DNA from: Candidatus Saccharimonadota bacterium
GTDB lineage: Archaea; Nanohalarchaeota; Nanosalinia; Nanosalinales; Nanosalinaceae
NCBI GenBank assembly: GCA_001761425.1
Contig: CP012986.1
Coordinates: 540,001 to 572,000 of the forward strand
Reading direction: 5' to 3'
DNA length: 32,000 bases
How positions within the stretch are numbered: position 1 is the first letter of the stretch; each line of letters opens with the position of its first letter. The notes under the pieces were generated by a model that saw nothing but the letters and a program-made list of their open reading frames with translations, was not told the origin of the DNA and made no database searches. The position numbers were made by a program, and so were the translations under genes. Below, piece by piece: positions 15,091-23,022 of this stretch.

Positions 15091-17823
15091 GTGAATATTA
15101 AAAGATTTTTCGGTAGTATCCTAATCTTAAGCCTTTTGATGATTGCTCTAGCTGTAAACGTCTCGGCCCAACAGTATGAGACAAATTCATGTAATGATCC
15201 TGATAGTTGTGACTTTAACCTAGATACTGATCCTGGAGAACTTCTAATAATAGGTCATGCTTCTGCTGATACTGGTAACAACTGTGACTGGACTTTTAAC
15301 GTAAATCTGAATGGCAACAATGTTGTCTCCACAAGAGAAGGTGATTCAGACTGGACTGTATTCGACAATCAGGCCATTGTTACTTTGAGAGATGTAAACT
15401 CTGGAAGTCAGGACATTAATGTGGTTGAAAACCATGAATGTAGCCCGAACTGGAGGAGAACTCAGGTCTCAGCTATCCAGGTTTCTAATTCCTGGGGAAC
15501 AGCCCGCACGTCGAGATGTAATGATCCTGATGGATGTGATTTCAATATAAATACAGGCTCAGGCGAGCTACTTCTTTTAGGTTATTCTTCGGCAGATACA
15601 GGCAATAATGACGACTGGACATTTGGTGTTGACCTCGATGGTACCACTGAGGCCTCGGTAAAAGAGGGAGATTCGGATACCACTGTCTACGATAACCAGT
15701 TCTTTTCTACTTTGGTAGATGTAAATTCAGGCTCCCACGATATCAACACCTGGGAGAATCATGAAAACAACCCCAACTGGAGAGAAACTCAGGTAGTAGC
15801 AATAGAGATTCCTCAAGGAATCCCCTCATCTTCAGTTCAATGTAACGATCCGGACAACTGCGATTTCAACCCGGACAGCGGAGGATCTCCAGTTCTTCTG
15901 AGCGGTCATTCATCAGCCAGTACCGGAAACAACGAGGACTGGACGTTCAACCTCAATGTTGACGGAAATAGTGTTGCTTCTTCGAAGGAAGGAGACTCCG
16001 ATATAAGCGTATTCGATACACAGGGACTCAGTACAATAGTTGGCGGAGGAAACCTCAATATTAATACATGGGAAAGCCACGAAGGCAGTCCTAATTGGAG
16101 GGAGACGCAGGTTTCAGCAGTATCTATCGTCAATCCGGATTCTCCGACAATAACAGATGTAAACTATGACAAAACAGCAGGCGATCCAGCGACAATCCAA
16201 GGTACGATAAATGTAGATATCGACAATGCTGGAGGTAATGCACCGAACAACCAGCTTGAATCTTGTACAGTTACTGCTGAGGGAGTTGACAGCGGAGGCC
16301 AGGTAAATCTGAATACAAACATCAATGGTGATTCCTGTAGCTTTTCCGTAGATAACAACCAGCACGGTAACTGGAACCCAGATGAAGAACTCAGGTTCGA
16401 GATGAGCGTAGAAGACAGCTACGGAGGGACAGATGATTTAACAGGATTTGAACAGTTCCCGGTAAATCCTCCGAATGCACCAGCACTCGCAGCACCGGGA
16501 GACGATGCAGAGTCGGTCAGTACCGGGCAGAGTCTAGAAGTAACAGCTACACATCCTGACGGTCTTGAGATGGATGTTAGGTTCTACGTAGATGATGGAT
16601 CAGGCTTCTCACAGGTAGGACCTACAAGAACAGCATCCGATGGAGAGACAGTCTCAGTCAGCCCAGGATTCAGTGAAGGAACAGAATACGACTGGTATGC
16701 GGAAGCGGAAACACAGGACAGAACCAACGAAAGCGACAGATGGCACTTCACCACTAACCACAGGCCTTCAATCCAAGAAATGGACACTCAACCGAAGACC
16801 TCTGATCACGGTATATCGTTCACGGCAACGGTGAGAGAAGAGGACGGGAGAAGCCAGATAGACAGCTGTGAACTAGAGGCATCAGGCGGCGGAGGTTCAG
16901 AAACGTACACAGCGACAGTAGAAGATGGAGAAACCCAGGAAGAAGCAGTATGCAGTGTAGACGACATCGGTTTCGAAGACAGTTCGTGGTCTCACCTTGA
17001 AAACCTTGACCTCGAGCTGACTGTCACCGACCAGCAAGGTCTCTCAGCTACAGGTAGCAGTGAGGGACAGTTCCCGAACCACAGGCCGGTGATCAAAAGC
17101 CTCGAGGCAAGTGAATACGTTGACAGAGAGGCCTTCGAGGTTAATTCGTTGATAAGGCCTGTAGATGTCGGTTCTGATGAGATGAGAGGCTGTACTGTAG
17201 TCTTGAGTGATGAGGATAATTCCTATACTGCTGGTTCGATGACACAGGTTAATTCGACTCATGTACGGTGTGAAGGCGATGACCTGGGGCCTTCGAAGTT
17301 CCCAGGCCTTGATATGGATGAGGAACTGGAGGTGGAGGTCAGAGCTACTGATATTCACGGTGGCACGGCTTTAGATTCTATCATGTACAATCTGCCTACC
17401 GGTATAGACTATCAGTACTCTGCTATGATCATCGACAGTGGAGGAATCGATTTCCTGCCTTATCAGGTAAGCAACAATGGTAACGGACAGGCAGAGTTCA
17501 GCACAGAACTTCAAAACGTGAACGCATCCTTTACAGCTAACGGAGAAGATTCCAGGAACTTTACACTGGATTCTGGACAAGTTGAACAACAGAGCATAAG
17601 GATCTCTCCAGACGTAGAGTTTACAGGTACAAAAGAACTCAGGATAATCACGGAGAACCTTGAAACAGGAATACAGAAAGAAAGCACTATCCCTATCCAT
17701 GTAAGAGAAGCACCGAAGACGACGGAAAGGCCTGTACCCGGTATAGGAACTTTACAGTTACTTGTACTGTTTGTCACAGCACTGATTCTATTTTCCGGGA
17801 GAAAATCCGGGCCTCAAATCTAA
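15091..17823 (+). CDS. large secreted cell-surface protein: signal peptide, 3 tandem Cys-pair repeats, Ig/FN3-like modules, PGF-CTERM-like C-terminal anchor
   Basis: 910 aa with a GTG start. Features:
- Signal peptide MNIKRFFGSILILSLLMIALAVNVSA-QQ.
- Three ~108-aa repeats starting CNDPDxCDFN.
- Modules of ~108-110 aa, two of them opening with NHRP(S/V)I.
- C-terminus TTERPVPGIGTLQLLVLFVTALILFSGRKSGPQI, which resembles the PGF-CTERM sorting signal. Confidence 0.85.
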   Translation: MNIKRFFGSILILSLLMIALAVNVSAQQYETNSCNDPDSCDFNLDTDPGELLIIGHASADTGNNCDWTFNVNLNGNNVVSTREGDSDWTVFDNQAIVTLRDVNSGSQDINVVENHECSPNWRRTQVSAIQVSNSWGTARTSRCNDPDGCDFNINTGSGELLLLGYSSADTGNNDDWTFGVDLDGTTEASVKEGDSDTTVYDNQFFSTLVDVNSGSHDINTWENHENNPNWRETQVVAIEIPQGIPSSSVQCNDPDNCDFNPDSGGSPVLLSGHSSASTGNNEDWTFNLNVDGNSVASSKEGDSDISVFDTQGLSTIVGGGNLNINTWESHEGSPNWRETQVSAVSIVNPDSPTITDVNYDKTAGDPATIQGTINVDIDNAGGNAPNNQLESCTVTAEGVDSGGQVNLNTNINGDSCSFSVDNNQHGNWNPDEELRFEMSVEDSYGGTDDLTGFEQFPVNPPNAPALAAPGDDAESVSTGQSLEVTATHPDGLEMDVRFYVDDGSGFSQVGPTRTASDGETVSVSPGFSEGTEYDWYAEAETQDRTNESDRWHFTTNHRPSIQEMDTQPKTSDHGISFTATVREEDGRSQIDSCELEASGGGGSETYTATVEDGETQEEAVCSVDDIGFEDSSWSHLENLDLELTVTDQQGLSATGSSEGQFPNHRPVIKSLEASEYVDREAFEVNSLIRPVDVGSDEMRGCTVVLSDEDNSYTAGSMTQVNSTHVRCEGDDLGPSKFPGLDMDEELEVEVRATDIHGGTALDSIMYNLPTGIDYQYSAMIIDSGGIDFLPYQVSNNGNGQAEFSTELQNVNASFTANGEDSRNFTLDSGQVEQQSIRISPDVEFTGTKELRIITENLETGIQKESTIPIHVREAPKTTERPVPGIGTLQLLVLFVTALILFSGRKSGPQI
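15190..16130 (+). repeat. three tandem ~324-327 nt (108-109 aa) intragenic domain repeats
   Basis: Repeat starts are at Cys34 (15190), Cys143 (15517) and Cys251 (15841). Shared blocks are CNDPDxCDFN, G(H/Y)(A/S)SA(D/S)TGNNxDWTF, KEGDSD, V(F/Y)D, (W/V)E(N/S)HExxPNWR(E/R)TQV. The repeats are conserved at protein level but diverged at nucleotide level. Confidence 0.85.
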
Positions 17824-17906
17824 TGAAAGATTGTATGAAAAGTCCGGGTAAAGACTCGGGTCTCGAAAAGCGTCAAAAGTTCTCTGGGCAGAGAAAAAAC
17901 CAGTTT

Positions 17907-18101
17907 TTACTGTCTGTCCCTGTTCTGGACAACTCTTACAATGTAGCCTGCGGTCCTGTTCCTCAGCTTCTTTGACGAGAACTCTTCTGTCTCCTTGAGC
18001 TCTTCCTTGTTCTCATCGAAATCCTCTGAAAATCTTTCTTCATCTGCATCAACTAGGTCCTTTGCCAGGCGTTTAACGTAAGTCTGTCTTACACGTCCCA
18101 T
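17907..18101 (-). CDS. rps17e: 30S ribosomal protein S17e
   Basis: 64 aa: MGRVRQTYVKRLAKDLV...FSEDFDENKE...SKKLRNRTAGYIV. This is the typical archaeal eS17 sequence and length. Confidence 0.9.
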   Translation of the reverse strand: MGRVRQTYVKRLAKDLVDADEERFSEDFDENKEELKETEEFSSKKLRNRTAGYIVRVVQNRDRQ

Positions 18102-18288
18102 ACAAATGAACTCTGGAAGACAAACTTCTTAAACCCTCTACATCACAGGCCTCATGTCCCAACCTCAGTCTCACCGACCACCGAAATACAGAAACTCTCC
18201 CACACAACCAGGCCTCTGTTTTCCTAAGTCTTATCTCTGTTTAGGACAACAGTTACCGCATTAAAGATATAAGCCCCAAATATACCTT

Positions 18289-19026
18289 ATGACTGAACTG
18301 CTGTACATGCCGGACAACGAATACCAGAAAGAGTTCGACGCCCAGGTCTCAAAGACTGGAGGAAGCGATGGAAAGGCCTATATCTGCCTCGAAGAAAGTC
18401 TTTTCTACAAGGAAGGTGGAGGACAGCCAGCCGATCACGGCAGGATTTCCTGGAACGGGAGATCAGCGGATGTTGTTGATGTACAGCAGGAAAACGGAGA
18501 GATACGCCACTATCTGGAAGACTACGAGGAGTTGCCGGAGTCTGGTACAGAGGTTCACGGAGAGATTGACTGGGAACGTAGATACAAACACATGAGGATG
18601 CATACAGCAGTCCACGTTATTTCGTGGGTGGTTTTGAACCGCTATGATGCCTCGGCGGATGGAAACCAGATACATGAAGAGTACAGCAGGATAGATTTCC
18701 GTCCGATCACTTTCTCACAGGATAACCTGGAGAAGATTGAGAACCAGGTAAACGCATTGATCCAGAAAGGCCTTGAAGTCGAGAAAAAGAACATGGACCG
18801 AGAAATGGTCGAGGAACAGATACAGGAAGGCAGGATGAACCTTGATATCATCCCTAACAGCGTAGATCCGCTCAGGGTTATAGAGATCGGAGGCCAGGAC
18901 CTCTGTCCATGTGGAGGAACCCACCTTGACAATATAAAGGAAATAGGCAGGATAGACATCACAGACAGAGAAACCAAAGGCTCAGACAAGGACAGACTTA
19001 TATTCGAACTCGAGGAAGCCGAATAA
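18289..19026 (+). CDS. alaX: alanyl-tRNA editing protein AlaX (AlaX-M type)
   Basis: 245 aa. Zn-binding motifs HTAVHV (HxxxH) and CPCGGTHL (CxxxH), plus an N-terminal beta-barrel segment (FYKEGGGQPADHG). Confidence 0.85.
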   Translation: MTELLYMPDNEYQKEFDAQVSKTGGSDGKAYICLEESLFYKEGGGQPADHGRISWNGRSADVVDVQQENGEIRHYLEDYEELPESGTEVHGEIDWERRYKHMRMHTAVHVISWVVLNRYDASADGNQIHEEYSRIDFRPITFSQDNLEKIENQVNALIQKGLEVEKKNMDREMVEEQIQEGRMNLDIIPNSVDPLRVIEIGGQDLCPCGGTHLDNIKEIGRIDITDRETKGSDKDRLIFELEEAE

Positions 19027-19049
19027 ATCCCTAAAAGAGATTTTGATCT

Positions 19050-19544
19050 ATGAAAGACGCAAATATGTACGCCGAGATAGATGTCGCAATGGACATCATC
19101 AAGTACACAGGACCTAGCGAAGAGTTCAGTGACAGGTTTCTGGTGCTGGAAAAAGGCCTTGAATACCAGAGGAACAGGGAGAGATACAACCCGGAAGAAG
19201 GCGGTGTTCCATGGGAAGTTCCGGGCGGAAAGATCGAACTCGACGCAGAAGAATACACAGAAAGAGAAATAAAGAGGGAGGCGTGGCGTGAACTCGATGA
19301 GGAAACATCTTTACCTGTCGAAAGAACCAATTTTGTAGAAAAAGCTCTTAGAGAGGATGACTACACTGTAAGGCAGGAGGATGTAGATATCACTTTCTAC
19401 CCGGTCTTTTACGAGTTCGAGGGCGATCCAGAAGCAGTTCAGATCAGTCCTGAAGAACACAAGGCCTACGAATGGATCACAGAACAGGAGTTCATGGACA
19501 GGATGACGGAAAACGAGAAGAAAGCTCTCAGAAGATTCATCTGA
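19050..19544 (+). CDS. Nudix hydrolase (Nudix box with insertion)
   Basis: 164 aa. PGGKIELDAEEYTEREIKREAWRELDEETSL matches G..E..REx2EExG(S) with about 6 extra residues before RE. The C-terminal HKAYEWI is shared with the tandem Nudix protein at 21067-21990. Confidence 0.75.
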   Translation: MKDANMYAEIDVAMDIIKYTGPSEEFSDRFLVLEKGLEYQRNRERYNPEEGGVPWEVPGGKIELDAEEYTEREIKREAWRELDEETSLPVERTNFVEKALREDDYTVRQEDVDITFYPVFYEFEGDPEAVQISPEEHKAYEWITEQEFMDRMTENEKKALRRFI

Positions 19545-19547
19545 AGC

Positions 19548-20249
19548 TTAGACTTCATTTACCTGTAGAAAACTATTTGAGTACCAATTATCTACAGTTT
19601 CCGGTGTCGAAGGCCTTTCGCCGTAGGCATCAGTCCATTTCCAGTATTTTTTATGGTCACTGTCGAAATCAGTCCTTCTGTATACTTCTTCAGCAGGAAA
19701 GGCCATTTCACCTATCACTGCAGTATCTATCTCATCGTTGACATCGAGGACAGGCACGTCTTCAGTATCATGTCTTCTCCTCGGGTAATGGACCACGGTG
19801 TAAAGGATCGAGTCTTCATCGGCTTCTGCCAGCTCCTTCATCCTCTCCTCTCTCATGTAGAAACCGCCAGGCCTTGAATAAAGGCGTCCTTGAGAGTCTT
19901 TCTTCCCTCCTTTCGCCAGAACTGTGGCACCTTTCGCCTGAACATAGGCTCCTTCAAACTCTCCTTCCTCCACCACTAGGTCAACTGCACCGTCATCGAT
20001 ATTTTCCATCCAGAAACGATCCTCAAGATAGTTCTCGACAGCATCCCCGATATCATCCGTGAAATCTCCTATATCAGGCCTTCCCCATTCCTCCACGGAT
20101 TCAGGCCTTTCCTCAAGAGTATCCTCAGCTCTTTCAGCTCTGTCATTCATGTGGAAATGCGGGTGCCAGCCGATTCTTTCCCCGCCCAGTGCTTCCTGTA
20201 CAGCCCATATTTCTTCTATGGATGCCTTTTCTCTGGTTCTGGCTTTCAT
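19548..20249 (-). CDS. hypothetical protein, paralogue B of pair; Hjc-like PD-(D/E)xK motif order (E...D-LVV...Q-A-K...FYMREE)
   Basis: 233 aa. Its ATG overlaps the stop of 20246..21007 (ATGA). Blocks shared with the paralogue are GWHP, DxVV, (I/V)Q(V/A)K, GxF(K/Y)(F/M)R, GxM(L/A)(V/F)P and W(Q/T)D(V/A)(F/Y)GE. Confidence 0.7.
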   Translation of the reverse strand: MKARTREKASIEEIWAVQEALGGERIGWHPHFHMNDRAERAEDTLEERPESVEEWGRPDIGDFTDDIGDAVENYLEDRFWMENIDDGAVDLVVEEGEFEGAYVQAKGATVLAKGGKKDSQGRLYSRPGGFYMREERMKELAEADEDSILYTVVHYPRRRHDTEDVPVLDVNDEIDTAVIGEMAFPAEEVYRRTDFDSDHKKYWKWTDAYGERPSTPETVDNWYSNSFLQVNEV

Positions 20250-21007
20250 ATGTAGATATCTAGATCATGTGTCGGAGGTTTTCCGTTAGCCTTCGCTCTC
20301 TGCATCTGTCTGTAAACCGGGCTCTGGTGTTTCATCTCGCCGAAGACGTCCTGCCAGCTAAGCTCGTATACTCCGTTGCTGTACCATCCGCTCTCATCGT
20401 CTTCTGGAGGCCTTTCAAGGCCGGGGACTGCATCTTCAAGTACTGTTTTCGGCACTAGCATCTTGCCGTAAAGTTCGACGTCCAGTTCTTCCACACTTGT
20501 TTCCTCTTCGTCTGTTCTCTCAACGGTGAATGAGGTCAGGCCTTCAGTGCCTTCCTGTGCTGGTCCGTAGACATTGAGATCGAGGAATGATTCGTCCGGG
20601 AGGTTATCGTAGTTGTGCCAGCGGAACTTGAATACTCCCTGTCTGTAACCTTTTTCAGAGGATCTGTCCATACGGTGCATGAGACAGGATTTGACCTGTA
20701 TTGGCCAGCCATAGGCCCGTTCATTGAGGCCTACAACTACATCTGCCTCCCCTTCGGAGTCTTTTCCATCACTGATATTTTTACCGGAGTAATCCTTTGC
20801 TACCATTCTCTCAAAGTTGTTCGCAATCATCTTTGCGTCGCCATCTCTCATCGGATCCCTGTCAATAGACTGTTCGCCGCTCGGAGGCGAAACCTCGGCT
20901 GGATGCCAGCCAGAGATATCAGAACCCATCAAACGGGCAAAATCCGAGGGATTAGAAGGATCTTCCCCATTAAGAAAACTTCTGACCGGTTCACCCCATT
21001 CCCCCAT
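20246..21007 (-). CDS. hypothetical protein, paralogue A of pair; Hjc-like PD-(D/E)xK motif order (FER...ADVVV...IQVKS...FKFRW)
   Basis: 253 aa. TATA-like ATATAAGTTTTT lies about 30 nt upstream on the minus strand. It is the paralogue of 19548..20249 (see the motif list there). Confidence 0.7.
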   Translation of the reverse strand: MGEWGEPVRSFLNGEDPSNPSDFARLMGSDISGWHPAEVSPPSGEQSIDRDPMRDGDAKMIANNFERMVAKDYSGKNISDGKDSEGEADVVVGLNERAYGWPIQVKSCLMHRMDRSSEKGYRQGVFKFRWHNYDNLPDESFLDLNVYGPAQEGTEGLTSFTVERTDEEETSVEELDVELYGKMLVPKTVLEDAVPGLERPPEDDESGWYSNGVYELSWQDVFGEMKHQSPVYRQMQRAKANGKPPTHDLDIYI

Positions 21008-21066
21008 ACAGCTACAATCTATATCAAAAACTTATATCCGAAATCATGTGAAAAACCATTGAACAG

Positions 21067-21990
21067 TCACCTATAATTCAAATCCATCTCAAGGTACTCA
21101 TCCAGAAATGCCATCGGCGAGTAACCGTATCCTGCGTCCCTGTGCCAGTCCAGCTCCAGGTATTCCTCAGGCCTCACCCATTCATACTCGGAGTGTTCTT
21201 CGGAAAGCTCTATCTCACCTTCCCAGTCAACAGGCCTCAGCAAGACGATGAAGACATCTACAGTATTTTCCTCCTCTATCTCCTCCCTGACCACATCGAC
21301 ACCGCCAGAAACCTTAATTCCAAGTTTCTCCGCCAGTTCCCGCTTTAAGGCCTTGAACCTGTCCTCGTCCTTCTTTTTTCCAACTTTTCCATCAGTTTCC
21401 TGGATGCGTCCGCCCGGCAGTTCCCATTTTCCGCTCATGTCGCCGTACTTCTTGAATTTTTCGCCGGAGGAAACTTTTTCGATGACGGATTTCTTTACAG
21501 CAAGGAAATCGCCTTCTTGATTCTGCACTAAGGCCTTGACGACTGAGATCTCCATGCCTGAGCCGTAGTCTCTCCTGTTTTCCAGGTATTTCTCGCTGCT
21601 TCTGGCAGCAGGAAGGATATAGGCTGAGTCTCTGTGCCATTCCAGTTCCGAGAAATCTTCAGGCCTTACCCACTGAAATTCTTCGTGTTCCCCGGATAGC
21701 TCTATTTCTCCAGAGAAATCCGAGCTGTGCAGAACATAGCAGTTGATATGGTTTTCATCCTCTAACTCAATCCGTACAAGGTCTTCAGAACCATGTATTT
21801 CAAGGCCTGTCTCTTCCTTCACTTCCCGTTTCAGGGCCTCGAATCTGTCTTCTCCTTCCTCAATTTTTCCGCCTGGCTGTTCCCATTTTCCAGCTGTGAA
21901 CTCGTAATCCTTTGACTTTTTCAGCATCAGGAACTTTCCGTCCTGGTTTTCTATGAGGCCTTTGGCTACCGGTATTTTTTCTTTGCTCAT
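21067..21990 (-). CDS. tandem (double) Nudix-domain protein
   Basis: 307 aa in two homologous halves. Half 1 has a perfect Nudix box, GGKIEEGEDRFEALKREVKEETGL. Half 2 has an inserted, degenerate box, GGRIQETDGKVGKKKDEDRFKALKRELAEKLGI (EE changed to EK). Both halves end with E(F/Y)(Q/E)WVRPE(D/E)..EL(E/D)WHRD. Confidence 0.85.
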   Translation of the reverse strand: MSKEKIPVAKGLIENQDGKFLMLKKSKDYEFTAGKWEQPGGKIEEGEDRFEALKREVKEETGLEIHGSEDLVRIELEDENHINCYVLHSSDFSGEIELSGEHEEFQWVRPEDFSELEWHRDSAYILPAARSSEKYLENRRDYGSGMEISVVKALVQNQEGDFLAVKKSVIEKVSSGEKFKKYGDMSGKWELPGGRIQETDGKVGKKKDEDRFKALKRELAEKLGIKVSGGVDVVREEIEEENTVDVFIVLLRPVDWEGEIELSEEHSEYEWVRPEEYLELDWHRDAGYGYSPMAFLDEYLEMDLNYR

Positions 21991-22070
21991 GTCTCGGCTT
22001 TTACTGGTTAGGGAATTTGGTTGTTCTCTGTGCTTTTGAAGTCTTGAACCTGGGCTTCTGAGTAAAAAGT

Positions 22071-22997
22071 CTAGATCTGGAAGTCTATCCCTGTTAGTTC
22101 TTCACTTACTGCCCAGAGTTCTTCCGCTTTCTCGGTGCTGTATGAGGCCTCTGAGCTTTCCTGTTTTTCTGGAAGGCCTCTCATGTTCATGAGTCCGCCT
22201 GGGCCTATGTAGTCTCCGCCCTCTACTTCTGGAGAGGTTGAGCCATATAGCATGGGTAGTGCTCCTTTCCTGGCACTCTGTGCCATTAACTTGTTCATAG
22301 CTTTCATAGTGTATTTTTTGAGCTTGTTACCGGTTTTTTCTGCTCCACGTGTCTGGAGGTTTGTAGCAGCATAGCCTGGGTGACAGCCGACTGATCTGAT
22401 ATCGAGGTTTTCTCTCCTGATTTTTCTGTCAAGTTCGTAGGCGAAGAGCAGGTTTGCAAGCTTTGAGTCTGCATAGGCCTGTTGAGCGTGGTAGTTTTCT
22501 TTATGCATCAGGTCTTCGAAGTTAATTTTCCCCTGTTTGTGGAGGCCTGAGCTCTGTGTGACTACTGTGGCTTTATCTGCTTTTTTCAGTGCTGGAAACA
22601 GTTTTGCGGTCAGTGCAAAGTGGCCTAGGTGGTTTACGCCGAACTGTTTTCCGAATCCGTCCTCAGTTTCTTCCTCTGGTATAGCCATTACTCCTGCATT
22701 GTTGCACAGCATGTCAAGCTTCTCGTGGTTGGCCTTGAACTCTTCAGCGAAGCTTTCGATAGAATCAAGGCTTGCAAGATCCAGTTCTCTCAGTTCAATG
22801 GAAGAGCCTCCGATTTCTTCTTCAATTTTTTCTTTAGCTTTTCTTCCGCGTTCTATGCTTCTACAGGCCATCACTACTTCTGCATTGTTTTCTGCAAAGA
22901 TTTTTGAGGCCTCGAAGCCGATGCCGGAGTTCGCTCCTGTTACTATAACTTTTGCTTCTTTCAGATCTGGTATGTCGTCTGCTGTCCAGTCGGTCAT
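22071..22997 (-). CDS. classical short-chain dehydrogenase/reductase (retinol-dehydrogenase/WWOX-like); start taken at internal ATG
   Basis: TGANSGIG cofactor motif, NNAG, and catalytic YADSKLAN (YxxxK). The track ORF extends to 23084, but that extension overlaps the upstream small gene and adds a non-homologous basic tail. Met30 (MTDWTADD, complement of 22995-22997) fits better. Confidence 0.8.
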   Translation of the reverse strand: MTDWTADDIPDLKEAKVIVTGANSGIGFEASKIFAENNAEVVMACRSIERGRKAKEKIEEEIGGSSIELRELDLASLDSIESFAEEFKANHEKLDMLCNNAGVMAIPEEETEDGFGKQFGVNHLGHFALTAKLFPALKKADKATVVTQSSGLHKQGKINFEDLMHKENYHAQQAYADSKLANLLFAYELDRKIRRENLDIRSVGCHPGYAATNLQTRGAEKTGNKLKKYTMKAMNKLMAQSARKGALPMLYGSTSPEVEGGDYIGPGGLMNMRGLPEKQESSEASYSTEKAEELWAVSEELTGIDFQI

Positions 22998-23022
22998 AGA
23001 GAATGATTGCCGGTCCTGTACT

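Noticed and set aside
13919-17777. Minus-strand ORFs inside the surface-protein genes (13919..14197, 15906..16133, 16114..16365, 17044..17358, 17371..17700, 17511..17777).
   Set aside because: They are antisense to long ORFs with signal peptide, PKD and repeat architecture. Their composition is Cys/Arg/Leu/Ile-rich and atypical, so they are shadow ORFs.
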